The notes beneath the pieces are model-generated. The model was not told the DNA's origin, searched no databases, and worked only from the letters and a program-made list of their open reading frames with translations. From Somniosus microcephalus (taxonomy: Eukaryota), in NCBI GenBank assembly GCA_052327205.1, contig CM126204.1:323206001-323270000 (forward strand): a stretch of DNA of 64,000 nt. Reading direction: 5' to 3'. Position numbers and translations under genes: made by a program. Shown piece by piece: positions 49,296 through 62,107 of this stretch. Position 1 is the stretch's first letter. Every line of letters begins with the position of its first letter.

Positions 49296-51352
49296 TCTTG
49301 TAAAAATTCTTACTAATAAAGAGATTCATGAGTTACAAATCAGTGAGGTAGTGATGTCATCCAACTGTCAATCATGTCATTGAGCTCACCTCAGTTTATA
49401 AGCGAGGTAAATTCCTCGCAAGACACTTCGGCTTTGTGATCCAACCTTTTTAATTTATCAACGTACAGCATCAACTTTACATATTCATACTATATTACAT
49501 TGCCTCTTTATAATTGCATTTTTCAGTTAAAATGAGATTTCAGATTTTGGGGCCGTGGACCTCTAAAATCAAACCTTTGCAATCAGATAATTTTATACGC
49601 GGAGCAGAAAATATCACAATATCAAAACTCTGTACTAATTTTAGCATCCTAATGATCAGATGCTAAATAAACTATTTCAAATTTACCAGTAACATTACGG
49701 ATTTAAAAAAAATCCATGTCTGAACTTTGCGATTGCCTTTGAATTTTAAAGAAACTCGATTTAAGACATTACTTTGAGGTGCCGGCTTGTCTTCTCCTTT
49801 CTCCATCTGATTTGCTCAGTATCAATTGCACTGACCAATTCCATTAACCAGAGCTGTGCAATTCATTGTACAGTACTGTCTTCAATGTACCAGAACAATT
49901 CTGTTGTGCGAATGGTGGGGGAGGGAAGGGGGAAGAGAGAAAAAGTGAGAGAATGGTTAAATATACTGCTGTCCACTGAGGGAATTGTTTGATCCCTATG
50001 GAATGATCATCAATCACTTAACTAAGCATTAATGAGGAATAGTGCCTTGCCTACAATTTGCCAGACCTATGAACATCCACAGTCCTTTGGAACAAAATGT
50101 TGCCCTTTCAGTTTCATGAAATGAAAATTCGAGTTTGAGTTGAGGATGGGGGTTGGGCTTTGAGGATTAAATGGTTTTGCACATGGTTATTTGTTAGTTG
50201 TAGATGCACTGCAAGGAAATGTGACGGTTTGATTAAATGTTCAGAAATAGACTTAACCCTTTTATAGCCTGTACGAAAGGATGAACAGAATCCCTCCAGG
50301 GTGATGTTTAAGAGTCTCCTCCCCTCCATTTTGTCTGTTTTCCTGGTGACAGCAGACAAAGAGAATGTGATTTCCTGAATGCTGGTTTACTTATAGCGCA
50401 AATGTAGCAGAGATTATGGCCGGCTGATCAATGACTATTTTTCATAAGCAGACTCGATCGGTTTGTACAAAAAAGTGAACTATAATTTCAGCAGCCATGT
50501 GTAAACATATAAAACAAGCCCCTCCTCTTTCAAAACCATCATAACTACTTCTAGACCAAAAAGACAGTACAAGGCCTCAAGGGTCATGGTCATGGTTCAC
50601 CTTGCCAATTATGGAAGACAGAAATTTGGCAGGTGAGGGGTAGGGAGTTATCTAATCAGAAGGTACTTGTGGAGGCCACCATTATTTTCATAATAAAGGC
50701 ATTTTTCATAAGTTTCAGAGATGATATTGTCAAGCATCAGCAGAGAGCCGGGCCGAATGTGGGCAGAGAAGTTTAGGGGCAGAAGCTCGGGGTAGGGTAG
50801 GCCCAATGTTTTCCTTGTTGGGCCAGGAGGAGTGCTACTGCTCCTCTGGCCTACAAGAAACCTTTCAGAAATTAAAAAAATAAACATTTACCTGGACCTC
50901 TTCTGGCCCAATGCTGCAAAAGCTGGCGGACACATAAAGGTTGTCTCTAATTGAAGGGGAGCACCTCCCAAACCCGCGTCCTCTACCACCTAGAAGGACA
51001 AGGGCAGCAGGTGCATGAGAACACCCATCTTAAAATCTATAGTTAAAATTTGGAAATTTTAATGTTGTGATCATGTTTTTTTTCGGTGTTACTTGCAACA
51101 GCCTAATGCTGGAATAGAGAAAGGTGCCCTGCAAATTCAGAAATGCTTATCATTGGGTCAACTAATAAAAAAATAGGAACAGATCTGAATAAAGCCCATC
51201 TTAGATTAACTCAAATTCCAATGAAGCGTTGAAGGGCATCCCTACAGTAAAAACAGTCTCAGTATGAATGGGCTGAATTGAATTCTGAACCCAGAGTTTA
51301 AATTAAGATGAACACTTATCCAAACTGCTGAAAACAGGTTGTTCTGAATATA

Positions 51353-51549
51353 AAATAACAACAGAAAATGCTGGAAACACTCAGCAGGCCAGGCAGCAGC
51401 CATGCAGTGAGAAACAGAGTTAACGTTTCAGGTCTGAGACCCTTCACGTTAACTCTGTTTCTCTCTCCACGGATACTGCCTGGCCTGCTGAGTGTTTCCA
51501 GCATTTTCTATTGTTATTTCAGTTTTCCAGCATCCGCAGTATTTTGCTA
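51353..51549. mobile_element. Fold-back element made of inverted Penelope pLTR sequence, with 14-bp direct repeats
   Basis: Arms ~51353-51427 and ~51446-51519 are reverse-complementary. TTGTTCTGAATATA occurs at both 51339-51352 and 51550-51563. Confidence 0.85.
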
Positions 51550-51629
51550 TTGTTCTGAATATATTTTGAATTATTTTTAAGATATTTGATTTTCCCCTCT
51601 CTTTAGCTACGCAACCCCGACCCCCGCTC

Positions 51630-51661
<32 letters not shown>

Positions 51662-53614
51662 TCCCCTCCTACACTCCATTGGCTAAGATGGCAAGCAAGC
51701 AACCTCTTCCTAGATCTGACAGTGCTATTCTTGGTACAATGCTTTTTGTTGACTCACTCGCTGATTTTTCCTCCTTCCCTCTTTCCTTATGGGAAGCATC
51801 TGGCTTCTGTTCGATGCCTTTACTTGGATGCGATGGCCAGGATCAGGAACTTGCCATGTGGAAAATCTCAGAAATGAATCTGTATCCCTGTTTATCATAT
51901 TGAACAGTTCCCCAGCTGCCTTCCTCTCGTATATTTCTGATCAAGTTCCTATTAATCACTCAACTGACCAAAATTGTGTCGTGAGACCCCATCTGACTGA
52001 TCAGAGCAGTTTAAAAGAGATCTTAACCCAAAACTTATCTCTGAAAGGACACAGATTTTTGTTTAATTTTATTTGCGTATCCTAGTGATTAGAAGAAATC
52101 TTTTGTCAATAAAGACCAGTGTTCAGCCAAGCTGCAGTGAATATAAGCGCCTGCCATGTGTTCAGTAGGTGTCAGGATGCTTAGCTTGTTAATTGCTGAC
52201 CTATTAATAAATGAGACTTTAATACAGTACAGCTAGAGGCAGGGGATGAGGCCAAGGGTGGAGGCAGCTGTTTACATGACATCTGTTTGTGCTGGTGCAT
52301 GGCTGTAACAGGATTTCCCTGCTGGAAACGTGTGTGCTTTTTTTGGGAGACCGTCACAGCAGTTTGTATTGTTTGTGAAAGGTCTGGGGACAAAAATAGA
52401 ACCCAAAGTAATTTCTGGCTGAGATCAGTTTTCAGTTCCCTCCAATCTTTTTTTTCCAAAGATTAGAGGAAATAGTTTCTGATTGTAAATATTGTCAGTT
52501 ATTTTTATCAGAGCAAATTTATCATTATTGTCTGCAAACTCTTTGGCGTACCTTATCAGGAATGGAAAAAAAAGTGCTGGAATCATGTTCAAACGTTACT
52601 CACTTTCCCCTCCCTTCTTTTAAATAAAATCTGAAAGGACTGTGTACTGCAACATTCCTGTCCATCTGTCCCTTTAATGATGCAATTGTATCTATAATTG
52701 AGATGGCTTAAAGCCATTGTTATCTTACTGGAATGCCTGATATTTGGTGACTTATTAGACAAAGAATGCTGGATGGAAAGTTTAGGTATCAAAGTTTGGG
52801 AACTATCAGAATAAAACTTTTGAGAGCTTGTTGGCTTAGCAGCACAGAATAGGTTTATTCAAATGAGACAGTCAACTTAGATACAGACCTCTTTGTAGTC
52901 TGGCACTTCATGTTCTTCTACCATGATGTCAGCTCATCTATTAGGCATCCCTCTTCAGCTGGTAAGACACATAAGAAGCTTCTAGATTCCTCCGTGTCAG
53001 GCAATCCTGTGCCGTGCTGATAGGAAGCACTCCTCTTGATATTGATGCCATTCTTTTCCTCCTTTTTCTGATTTTGACTTCCTTTGCGTCCTCCACCTAA
53101 AAAACAGAAGCCTGTCAACTCTACATGTCTCTCTCAGTCAGCAGGATAGGATATCCAGGTTGCATGACAGAGGTTCCAGTTAAAATTCGCAAGCATAATT
53201 CAAATCAGTTGTTCCACTGAGGTGATACGAGTTGCTTTGAAATCGTGTCAATTGGGAATTTGGAGCAGGGTATTAAAATACGGTCTTGTAGTCGGATGAA
53301 AGGACAGTTTGAGGATTTTTTTTGCAAATTGATCAGCCCTTCCCTCAATCCAAGTGCTTGGCTGAACCCAGGAGCTTCTGATATATTTGGGAATTGTTGC
53401 ACCTTATCGCTGCGATGACCTGGAACAGGCCTATATTTTGAAATTTTCAGAGTGTTTATTCTTTGAAATATGTTCTTTTTTGTGTATTTTGTTAATTCAG
53501 TAAGGTTTGTGATAACACGTTACTTAGCGCCATACATATATGTTGGTAACAATAAATAAGATTGAAAAGTAACACTTTTAATTGACCACCATAAGATAAT
53601 CATTTATCAGCCCT

Positions 53615-54182
53615 TGACTACACCTTGAGTGTTGTGTGCAGTTTTGGTCGCCTTATCTGAGGAAGGATGTTCTTGCCATGGAGGGAATGCAACGAAGATT
53701 CACCAGACTGATACCTGGGATGGCAGGAATGACGTATGAAGAGAGATTGGGTTGATTAGGCTTATATTCGCTAGAGTTTAGAAGAATGAGAGGGGACCTC
53801 ATTGAAACTTATAAAATTCTAACAGGACTAGACAGACTAGATGCAGGAAGGATGTTCCCGATGGCGGGGGAGTCCAGAACCAGGGGTCACAGTCTAAGGA
53901 TAAGGGGTAAGCCATTTAGGACCAAGATGAGGAGGAATTTATTCACCCAGAGAGTGGTGAACCTGTGGAATTTTCTACCACAGAAGGTAGTTGAGGCCAA
54001 CTTATTAAATATATTCAAGAAGGAGTTAGCTATATTTCTTAAGGCTAACGGGATCAAGGGATATGGGGAGAAAGCAGGGACAGGGTACTGAATTTGGATG
54101 ATCAGCCATGATCTCATTAAATGGCGGAACAGGCTCGAGGGGCCGAATGGCCTACTCCTATCTTCTATGTTTTTATGTTTCT
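53615..54182 (+). mobile_element. CR1 LINE 3' fragment, same young subfamily as 46736-47677
   Basis: Near-identical to 47104-47677 (MRGDLIETYKILTGL...KGYGEKAGTGY plus tail). Confidence 0.95.
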
Positions 54183-54454
54183 GTGAAATTTAGGCAGATG
54201 ACTGTTAAAGGAGACGAGTACCTATCTGAATTGATGCATAGTCCTAAAAGTTACGAAGGGAATATCTGTGTATTTACCACCAGTAGTTTTTTAGTCACTC
54301 CTTGTTACTATGTTGTTTCTTTTGAAGCTGCTGATTAGAGGGTGCCCTGACAGCATGTATTTTGAGTGGAATGCTACTGTATAAGTAGGTAGTACCAGCT
54401 CCAGCCTCCCTTCTCCATTCTCAATCTTGCTGCAAAGCTTCATGATGTCCCATC

Positions 54455-54634
54455 ACAGGAAGTTCATGACAAAGCCCTGGATTCTCCCCTTTCCACCAGA
54501 CAGGAAGTTCATGACAAAGCCCTGGATTCTCCCCTTTCCACCAGACAGGAAGTTCATGACAAAGCCCTGGATTCTCCCCTTTCCACCAGACAGGAAGTTC
54601 ATGACAAAGCCCTGGATTCTCCCCTTTCCACCAG
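54455..54634. repeat. Perfect minisatellite, 4 x 45 bp
   Basis: Unit ACAGGAAGTTCATGACAAAGCCCTGGATTCTCCCCTTTCCACCAG, repeated four times without mismatch. Confidence 0.97.
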
Positions 54635-55309
54635 AGTAGTGTCAAGAAAGGACTTCCACCCAGTGCCACAACCCTGCCATGACCCCTGACTCATTTTCCT
54701 AGCTCGGGTCATTTCGGGCAGGATTCCCGCCAGCAAACGGGAGCTTGCCGCTGCACCCAAGAAAAGTTCTGGCAGTGCTGTAATGAAATTGTTGCTGCAA
54801 GACCAGAAGAAGCAGGAGAAAGGTTAAAAGGGCAACAGGGCCCAGCAGATCTGGCTTACGTTTTGCTGTTAGCCTTTGGTTCAGGAACACGGCTTAATAG
54901 GAGGGAGTGGTGCCCACTACGAGACCTTCGTTCCCCACAAAGGGCTAGGGCGACATCCATTGCTGTACCAGAGATTACTGCCACCCCTCTGGGATGGCTA
55001 GTGCCTATATTTGCCACTGCCCTGCCTGATGTGGGTGGGATAATGGAGGAAAATCCAATCCAAAATGTCCGCTTCTAGGTTGCCTCTAACCGGTAGTTTA
55101 AAGCGTAAAACATAACAAGGAACAACAGGGAAATACTGATCAGTGTATCAGGTATTCACATCAGTAATAAGCTTGACAAGTAAACTGGTCTGGTAGTCAT
55201 TACCTAGTTTTTTTTAAAGAAGGGGAGGCTAGAGAAACCTTTAATTTCTCAATTAGTGACTTTTAATGTGGTATATTTGTAATCATTTTTCTGTTTTACT
55301 TCTAATCAG

Positions 55310-55439
55310 GTAAGAAGAAAGCGACTCTGTATGACACGCAAGCCCCAATATGCCCCATCTGTCAGGTGTTGCTCCGTCCAAGTGAACTGCAAGATCATAT
55401 GGAACAGGAATTGGAAAAACTCACTCAGAGCAACATATG
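55310..55439 (+). CDS. RNF220: Internal coding exon of E3 ubiquitin ligase RNF220 (or its paralogue)
   Basis: Pyrimidine tract + CAG acceptor (AG 55308-55309), GT donor at 55440. Phase-1 translation (G)KKKATLYDTQAPICPICQVLLRPSELQDHMEQELEKLTQSNI matches my recollection of human RNF220 KKKAAALFDSQAPICPICQVLLRPSELQEHMEQELEQL. The exon is absent from the ORF track. Confidence 0.9.
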
Positions 55440-57039
55440 GTATGACATCTTTACCTTTTTACTAGTGTTAGGGCCACAACATTGAAGAATCTACACACAC
55501 ACACACAGAGGGAAAAAAATTATAGTGAACTATCATAGAAGCAGGCAAGCTGATAAGATTTACACACAGATTATCTGTGTTGTCACTGGTGATGGAGTGC
55601 ACATGCACCCGGTCACTCAGGCTGGGTTGGGATTGAAATGAACATCTATTACAGATGAGTTAAAGACTTGGCTTCGATGTGCCCCTTTCATCGCCACTTA
55701 TTGCCTGCATTTTTTTTGGTTCGCTTGTTTTCTTTTGTATTTTTCTACTGGTTTGCTTGAGTCAAGTAAAATTTATAATTTGCAGGATGGAATGGAGGAG
55801 TTCCACCATTTTTATTTTGCATGATGAAGGGATGTTATAATGTATAGAAGTTTATTTGCATGAAATGAGTGTCTAATGACAAATTTTCTAATGGCTAGTT
55901 TTAGTGTTTTAACTAGTTGATTGATGTAGAGAACAGAATGACATAAGGTGATATATTTGCTATTTCGCTGGAGAACTGGCTGCCGATTCTGAATATGAGC
56001 CAGTAACGTAGTTGTTCAGATTTGTTTTCAGGGGCTACTTGTGTTTACATTCCATTGACAGTCTGAGAAAATAGTCTTTAAATTGATCAACAAACTCTGT
56101 TTGCTAGAGACATAAATTGTGAAAATCTGGACATCCAACTGGCTAGCTTAAATTCACATATGCAATGAAACTGTCCAACCAAACATGCCTCTATTGCCAG
56201 GGCAATCTGGTACAAGGTATAAATTTTATTTATTACTTATCTATTAAAAAGACAGCTGTATTGAATCAGAACAGACCAATATATTTTATTGTGTTGTATA
56301 GGAATTAATGCTGCATTTATCTCATAGCTACCTATCTCAAACTAGTAGCTTCAGTATGGGTTCTAACCAATACACTGTTTAGCCAAAACTTCAATTGTTA
56401 TGCCCTGGAGAGAGCTTTATGTATGCGTGCTGATACGCATGCACAGAGCCCAGCGGTTAAAGTTTAAATGTTTGGAGACCATGCCTGAATTGACTAAGCA
56501 TTTAAATTAATGTCGAGTAGGTTTAAAAAGTGCTCAGGAGGTCCGAGGGACCCCCCTGGGCATTTTTAAACCCGGTTTGACATCTTGCTGGATTTACACT
56601 CCCTTTGGTATCAAACTGAAACAGTGTGAGATTATCTCTTCCAGAAAGTCTCACAGCACCTCTCTCAGGCCCTGACCCCAGATCTATACTGTAACTTTAG
56701 TGTTGATCCAAAGTGGAAAGGTTTTTTTACATTTAAAAATAATTATAAAAATCTAGAAAAAGAAAAGGCAGGTGAGACTTTTTTCTAATGGAAGTTTTTA
56801 CAAAACAGTGGTTTAATTTTAAGAAGCTTGTCTGTCAGAAAATATCCACTTAATTATGATGAACATTATTTTTTTTTAAATTATCTGTTAAAATGCAATA
56901 ATTTTTTTAAATACAGTATAGACCTATCAATGATACCAGGCATTGTAGGTTTTTTGGGGGGGATCTTTTCTAATCTTCTTACCCTAGATTGTTTCGGCTC
57001 TTGTATCTTAGATCTCTCTCACAAGGCCCATACATAGAA

Positions 57040-57170
57040 AGAAAGAAAGAAAAACTTAATTTACATAGCACCTTTCATATTCTCGGGACACCCCAAAGCT
57101 CTTCACAGTCAATGAATTTTGACATGCAGCCGCTGTTTGCATAAGCAAACATGGCAGCCAACATGTCTTC
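57040..57170 (-). mobile_element. DeuSINE/L2-type tail fragment
   Basis: (GAAA)n then ATTTACATAGCACCTTTCA...CCCAAAGC, as at 19750 and 63365. Confidence 0.6.
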
Positions 57171-58085
57171 AGAAGGCCCTTACTGCCTTCATCCATATTA
57201 TTAATAAAGATTGTGGAGAGCAATGGTCCTAACGCCAATCCCTGCAGGACTCCACTGCATAACCACTATCATTAGTAATTTTAGATGGGCAATAACTGCT
57301 GACCTTGCCAGCGACGCCCACATCCCGTGACCGAATATTTAAAAAAAAATAACCTTCTGCCTAATGAGAATGCAACCAATTCCTTATCCAACCCACGATC
57401 TGTCACTCCCACTGGACTCTATCTTACTAAGTAGCCTATTGTGTGGCACTTTGTCAAAAGCCTATGGAAAATCCAGGTATATGATATTAACCCTGGGCTA
57501 CCTACATCCACCACCCTAGTAATTTCCTCAAAATATTCAACCAGGTTGGTAAGACGTGAGCTTTTTTTTTAGAAGCTGTGTTGGGGGTCTGTAATAACCC
57601 CTGCTCCATCCAGGTGCGTTCAGAGTATCTCTAACAATCCCTTGTAGCAACTTGCCTATAACCAAAGTTAAGCTATTGGGCCCTATAATTTCTTGGTTCT
57701 GACCTGAATATTGGCACCACATAGGCCTCCTCCAGTCCATGGGAACAATCCTAGATGCTAGCAACCTGTTAAATTGATGAGCAAGGTGCTTGCTGAGTAC
57801 AGCACCCAAATCTTTGCGCACCCTCAAGCAGATGCCGTTAGAATCAGCAGCCCAATGTGGTTTGACACCTCTTATTCTATCCAGGACTATATCCGCATCC
57901 ACTTTGACCCATACAACTTTAGAGTAAACTGTACAATGCATTATTAGTAACTGACCATCATTTATTGGCGTGTAGACTGATACAAAACAGCCATTTGAAA
58001 CCTCTGCCATATCCTGCAAGTTTACCTGAATCTGCTCTGAGGAATCCTATAATGGCCCTCTGACACTGTTCTTTCACTGTTTGGG
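57171..58085 (-). mobile_element. Old CR1 RT-region fragment, with a + strand LINE tail inserted at ~57275-57350
   Basis: LGPLLSTIFINNMDEG and SLTLVIGKLLQGIVRD remnants; insert GATGGGCAATAACTGCTGACCTTGCCAGCGACGCCCACATCCC plus an A tail. Confidence 0.65.
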
Positions 58086-58886
58086 AGGATGAATCCAGCC
58101 CAGACTGATGGGATGAAAGTCTCCTTTCTTTGCCAGCTGTAAATGAAAAGGGGTTGGGAAGTCTTAACCTGCAGCACAAAACGGTTTATAACTCAGCACT
58201 AATTTGCACTTAATCATCATTTTCACTCAGCGAGGCCATAAGGATGACTACTTAGGGAAATAGAAATATTCACACCCGTGCAATGGTCAAAGTGATGAGA
58301 ATGCACATTGTTGGTACAGAATAGGGAGAACTTTATTCAGCATCTAACTTGACATCGGAGCATTTGATGCTGATTGATATTACAGTTCCACAGTACATTA
58401 GGTTACATTATATTACAGAACATGTACATTACATTATATTTCAGCTCGTGCACAGTACATTATGTTACAGTACATGTTCATTACTTTTTATTACTGTACT
58501 TATCCAATATGTTACTATGCATTACACAGTGAAGTGATAAGCCTCATGAATATAATGGTCCCAAATATGTGCAACCGTGCTGGCAGACACCTGCTGTAGG
58601 TTTGGCGGGAGTACGACAGATGGCTGCAAACTGTGTAACTGCCAGGGTTGCACCCCAGTGGAGCTTCTAAGCTCATGTTTATAGCTGGTGTTTGTCCAAA
58701 TTTAGATCAGGTAACAGATTACAGATGTTATATTCTCTTTCTTACTTTAGTCTATTTTATTTTCTATTTCCCAAACCGGTGAAAGGTAGTGTTCCATATA
58801 ATCATAGAAATTATAGCACAGAAGGAAGCAATTCAGCCCATTGTGCCTGTACTGGTGCTTGTTGTTCAGCTGGAACTGTCTACTCT

Positions 58887-59405
58887 AACATCAACAACAA
58901 CAACTTGTATTTATATAGCGCCTTTAATGTAGTAAAACGTCCCAAGGCGCTGCACAGGAGTATTATAGGACAAAAATTTGACACCAAGCCACATTAGGAT
59001 AAATTAGGGCAGGTGACCAAAAGCTTGGTCAAAGAGGTAGGTTTTAAGGAACGCCTTAAAGGAGGAAAGAGAGGTAGAGAGGTGGAGACATTTAGGCAGG
59101 GAATTCCAGAGCTTAGGGCCCAGGCAACAGAAGGCACGGCCACCAAAGGGTGAGTGATTATAATCAGGGATGCTCAAGCGGGCAGAATTAGAGGAGCGCA
59201 GATATCTCTGGGAGGATTGTGGGGCTGAAGGAAATTAGAGATAGGGAGGGGCGAGGCCATGGAGGAATTTGAAAACAAGGATGAGAATTTTGAAATCGAT
59301 GCGCTGCTTAACCGGGAGCCAATGTAGGTCAGCGAGCACAGGGGTGATGGGTGAACCGGATTTGGTGCGAGTTAGGACACGGGCAGCCGAGATTTGGATG
59401 ACCAC
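58887..59405 (-). mobile_element. L2-clade LINE 3' fragment
   Basis: (CAA)n CTTGTATTTATATAGCGCCTTTAATGTAG is the reverse complement of the L2 tail at 1770-1809. Confidence 0.85.
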
Positions 59406-59415
59406 ACTAAGATAG

Positions 59416-59930
59416 TGGGGGTAATTTTAATGCCCAAAAACGGTTTGGGTCGGGATGTTAAAATGTAAAAAACTTCAAACCCGTCCACTTCTGGTTTTAA
59501 TAGAGACGGGATGGGACGGGGGTGGGGGAGTGGGGGTTGCGGGTGGGTGACCAACCCACTCCCAGGAGGCGCATGGCTCATATAAATATTTTAATGAGGC
59601 TGCGTGCCTCACATTTTATCTCTCTTCCAGCTTTTAACACTGGCCGGCCGGGTTTCCCGGGCCTCGGGAAACGCGGCAGCTAAAGGGAGATGAGGACTGC
59701 TGCATGGAAGAGGTTGTGGGCCAGGGGGAGCAGGAGTGCTTCCCCACGTCCACCCAAGCAAACCTGTTTCCCACTCCACATGATCGGACCCCATCACGAT
59801 CACCAACCCCCCCCACCCCCCCGCAACGACCACCAACCCCCCGCGATCACTGACCTCCCCGACCCCCCCATCTCTGCCCCTCGATCTCCCCCCCCGACCC
59901 TCCAAACCACGCTGTAGCTACCCCCCCTGT
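59416..59930. mobile_element. Partial Harbinger-type MITE
   Basis: Starts GGGGGTAATTTTAA, GC-rich, with CGATC/C-rich internal repeats. No right TIR was found. Confidence 0.45.
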
Positions 59931-61396
59931 GATCTCTTAGATATAAAAAAGTGAGACAGCAAACTGTATAAAATCAGAATCCTCTCTGAGTAGAGAGGAT
60001 GATGAGAAGAAGGCCTCCTTTTTCACACTCCTTTTATGCTACCAGATTTCCTCCAACAGCAGAAGTGTTATTGAAAGTAACCCTATAGTATTATAACCTG
60101 ACACGCATGCTGTTGGAGGCAGTGAATGAGGGTTTCACTCACTGTCTCTGATGGAAAGTGCAGGTGGTGGCAAGTATAAACAGCTCATACTAGCGGCAGT
60201 TGCCATCGGGTCACTATTTTAGGTCTGGCCTTGGGCAGGGTGATCTCTCCGGCAATCCCATTCAGGCCTGTATAGACCTTCCTCAGCATTAAGGAAGATC
60301 TGCAGCTAGACTGGCAAAGTGTCAAATCTGATTTTGCACTCATTGCTGGAAAATCAGTTGAAGCAAGTTGGCAAAATGTATTTATCATGGTGATATCAGC
60401 AACGGAAATATGGTTTTGAATTGTACAAATATGAGTAATCTAAATGATTTTCTGTACAAAAAAACACATGTTTTACCGTGCTTGCAGGCATACAGATATA
60501 CTGTCACAATACAGGGCCTGGCCTGCACTTGGATCACTTTGGCATGTGTACAACCGGTTCTGTAATCCTGAGCAATATAACTGGGTACAAATGCACATGT
60601 GATTGTTTCTTCATTATTACCATCTCTGTGTGTGATACTCTGAGTAAATGAAAGAGAAAAACTCTTTATTCTGAACAACAAATTCAAGTGATAATTACAT
60701 GTATAGTCAATATTTGCTATATCCAATATCATAATTATGATCAACTAAAGAGCTTTCCCATTTTCTGATAATGTCTTCAGTGATGCTGCTTCTATAACAT
60801 GCTAGTGAAAATGAGGCACATTGAACATCACAGCCTCATTCACTCCAACAGGCTATACCCACCGCTCACCGCACACATTTTGCTTTGTTTTGAACTTCAG
60901 ATTGCTAATGAGTAGGTGAAGTGGAAACCAGATCACTCAGTAACTCATATAACCTATTCCTACACTATGTTCCGTGCCCCCATTGACCCTGTCAACCTGC
61001 TTTGCTTCTCTGTCCCTAATTCACCTACAAATTCCTCCAGGGGCCGTGCCCTATCTTATCTCTGTAGCCTCCTCCGGCCCTACATGCCAACACGTACCCT
61101 CTGCTCTTCTGACTTACGCCTCCTTCACAACCTCCTTCCTCTTTTAAATTAGCCAAGGGATTGGGTTTGTACCAGCACCTAGTAGTGGGTAGTTTCCATG
61201 AGTGAAGGCCCTCATTTCCTCTCTCATTTCCATAGCTGCCCCTTGCTTGTGCCTACAGTCTCTCAGACGATCCCCAGGAAATACCTGGGCAGCATAAAAA
61301 GGCGTAATCCCAACAACATAGGTCTGAGCATTACCCAGAGGCAGAGAAAAGAAAAATCTGAGCTAACGATGTTTAAAGTTAAAGGGATAAAATAAT

Positions 61397-62107
61397 GGCC
61401 CGTAATTTCCGATAAGAGGCTTCCTGCGTGCAGATGCCTCCTATCGGAAAAAAATCTACAAACTTACCTGAGGGCTCCCAAGGTCCGGACACTTCCGCTC
61501 CTGGACCTCTCCAAAGTCGAAATGCGCAGGGCCCACGTATCCCAGGGGCACATGCAGTTAGCAAGCATCCCTGGGATCATGTGGGCCAGGCGCGCCAATG
61601 GGAGAAGGGAATCTCCCATCATACTTTTGACAGATAGACCTTGTCAAATATATGAATGGAGATCACCCCATAAAGACATTAAAACATTAAATACATTTTT
61701 AAAAAACCATCACGTTTTTAAAATGAGTTAAAATGACATTAAATTAAATATTTTAAACAAAAATTTAATTTTTTGAAAAAAGAATTAAAGTTTTTTACAG
61801 GGCTAAAATAAACACCTTTTTTTAAAAGTATTTTAAAATTATAAATGAGTGAAAAAAAAATATTTTTAAACTTTTTTTCAACTCTTATGCTGGTAAAAAC
61901 AGGCCTTACGCCTGCTTTTACCAGGCATAAGATTTCTAAGGGTTTTCTGTGGGCGGAGGTTCTGCAGAAAGCAGAGAGCATTCTTGACAGATTGGAAATG
62001 CTGGTTTTCAGCACATGCGCTTCGCATGCCTGAAACCGGCATTTCCGATGTCCCTACGGGTGGGTACACAACTCGTACACACCCATAGGCATCGGAAAAT
62101 ATGGGCC
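61397..62107. mobile_element. Harbinger-type MITE with multiple hairpins, relative of 3115-3879
   Basis: TIRs GGCCCGTAATTTCCGAT / ATCGGAAAATATGGGCC, TSD AAT (61394-61396, 62108-62110). Confidence 0.9.

Noticed and set aside
51621-51660. Long poly-C run (G-quadruplex potential)
   Set aside because: A simple homopolymer of unreliable length, and similar runs are scattered through the window.
54421-54669. Repetitive ORFs; CRISPR-like array
   Set aside because: Head-to-tail 45-bp units with no spacers, in a vertebrate genome.
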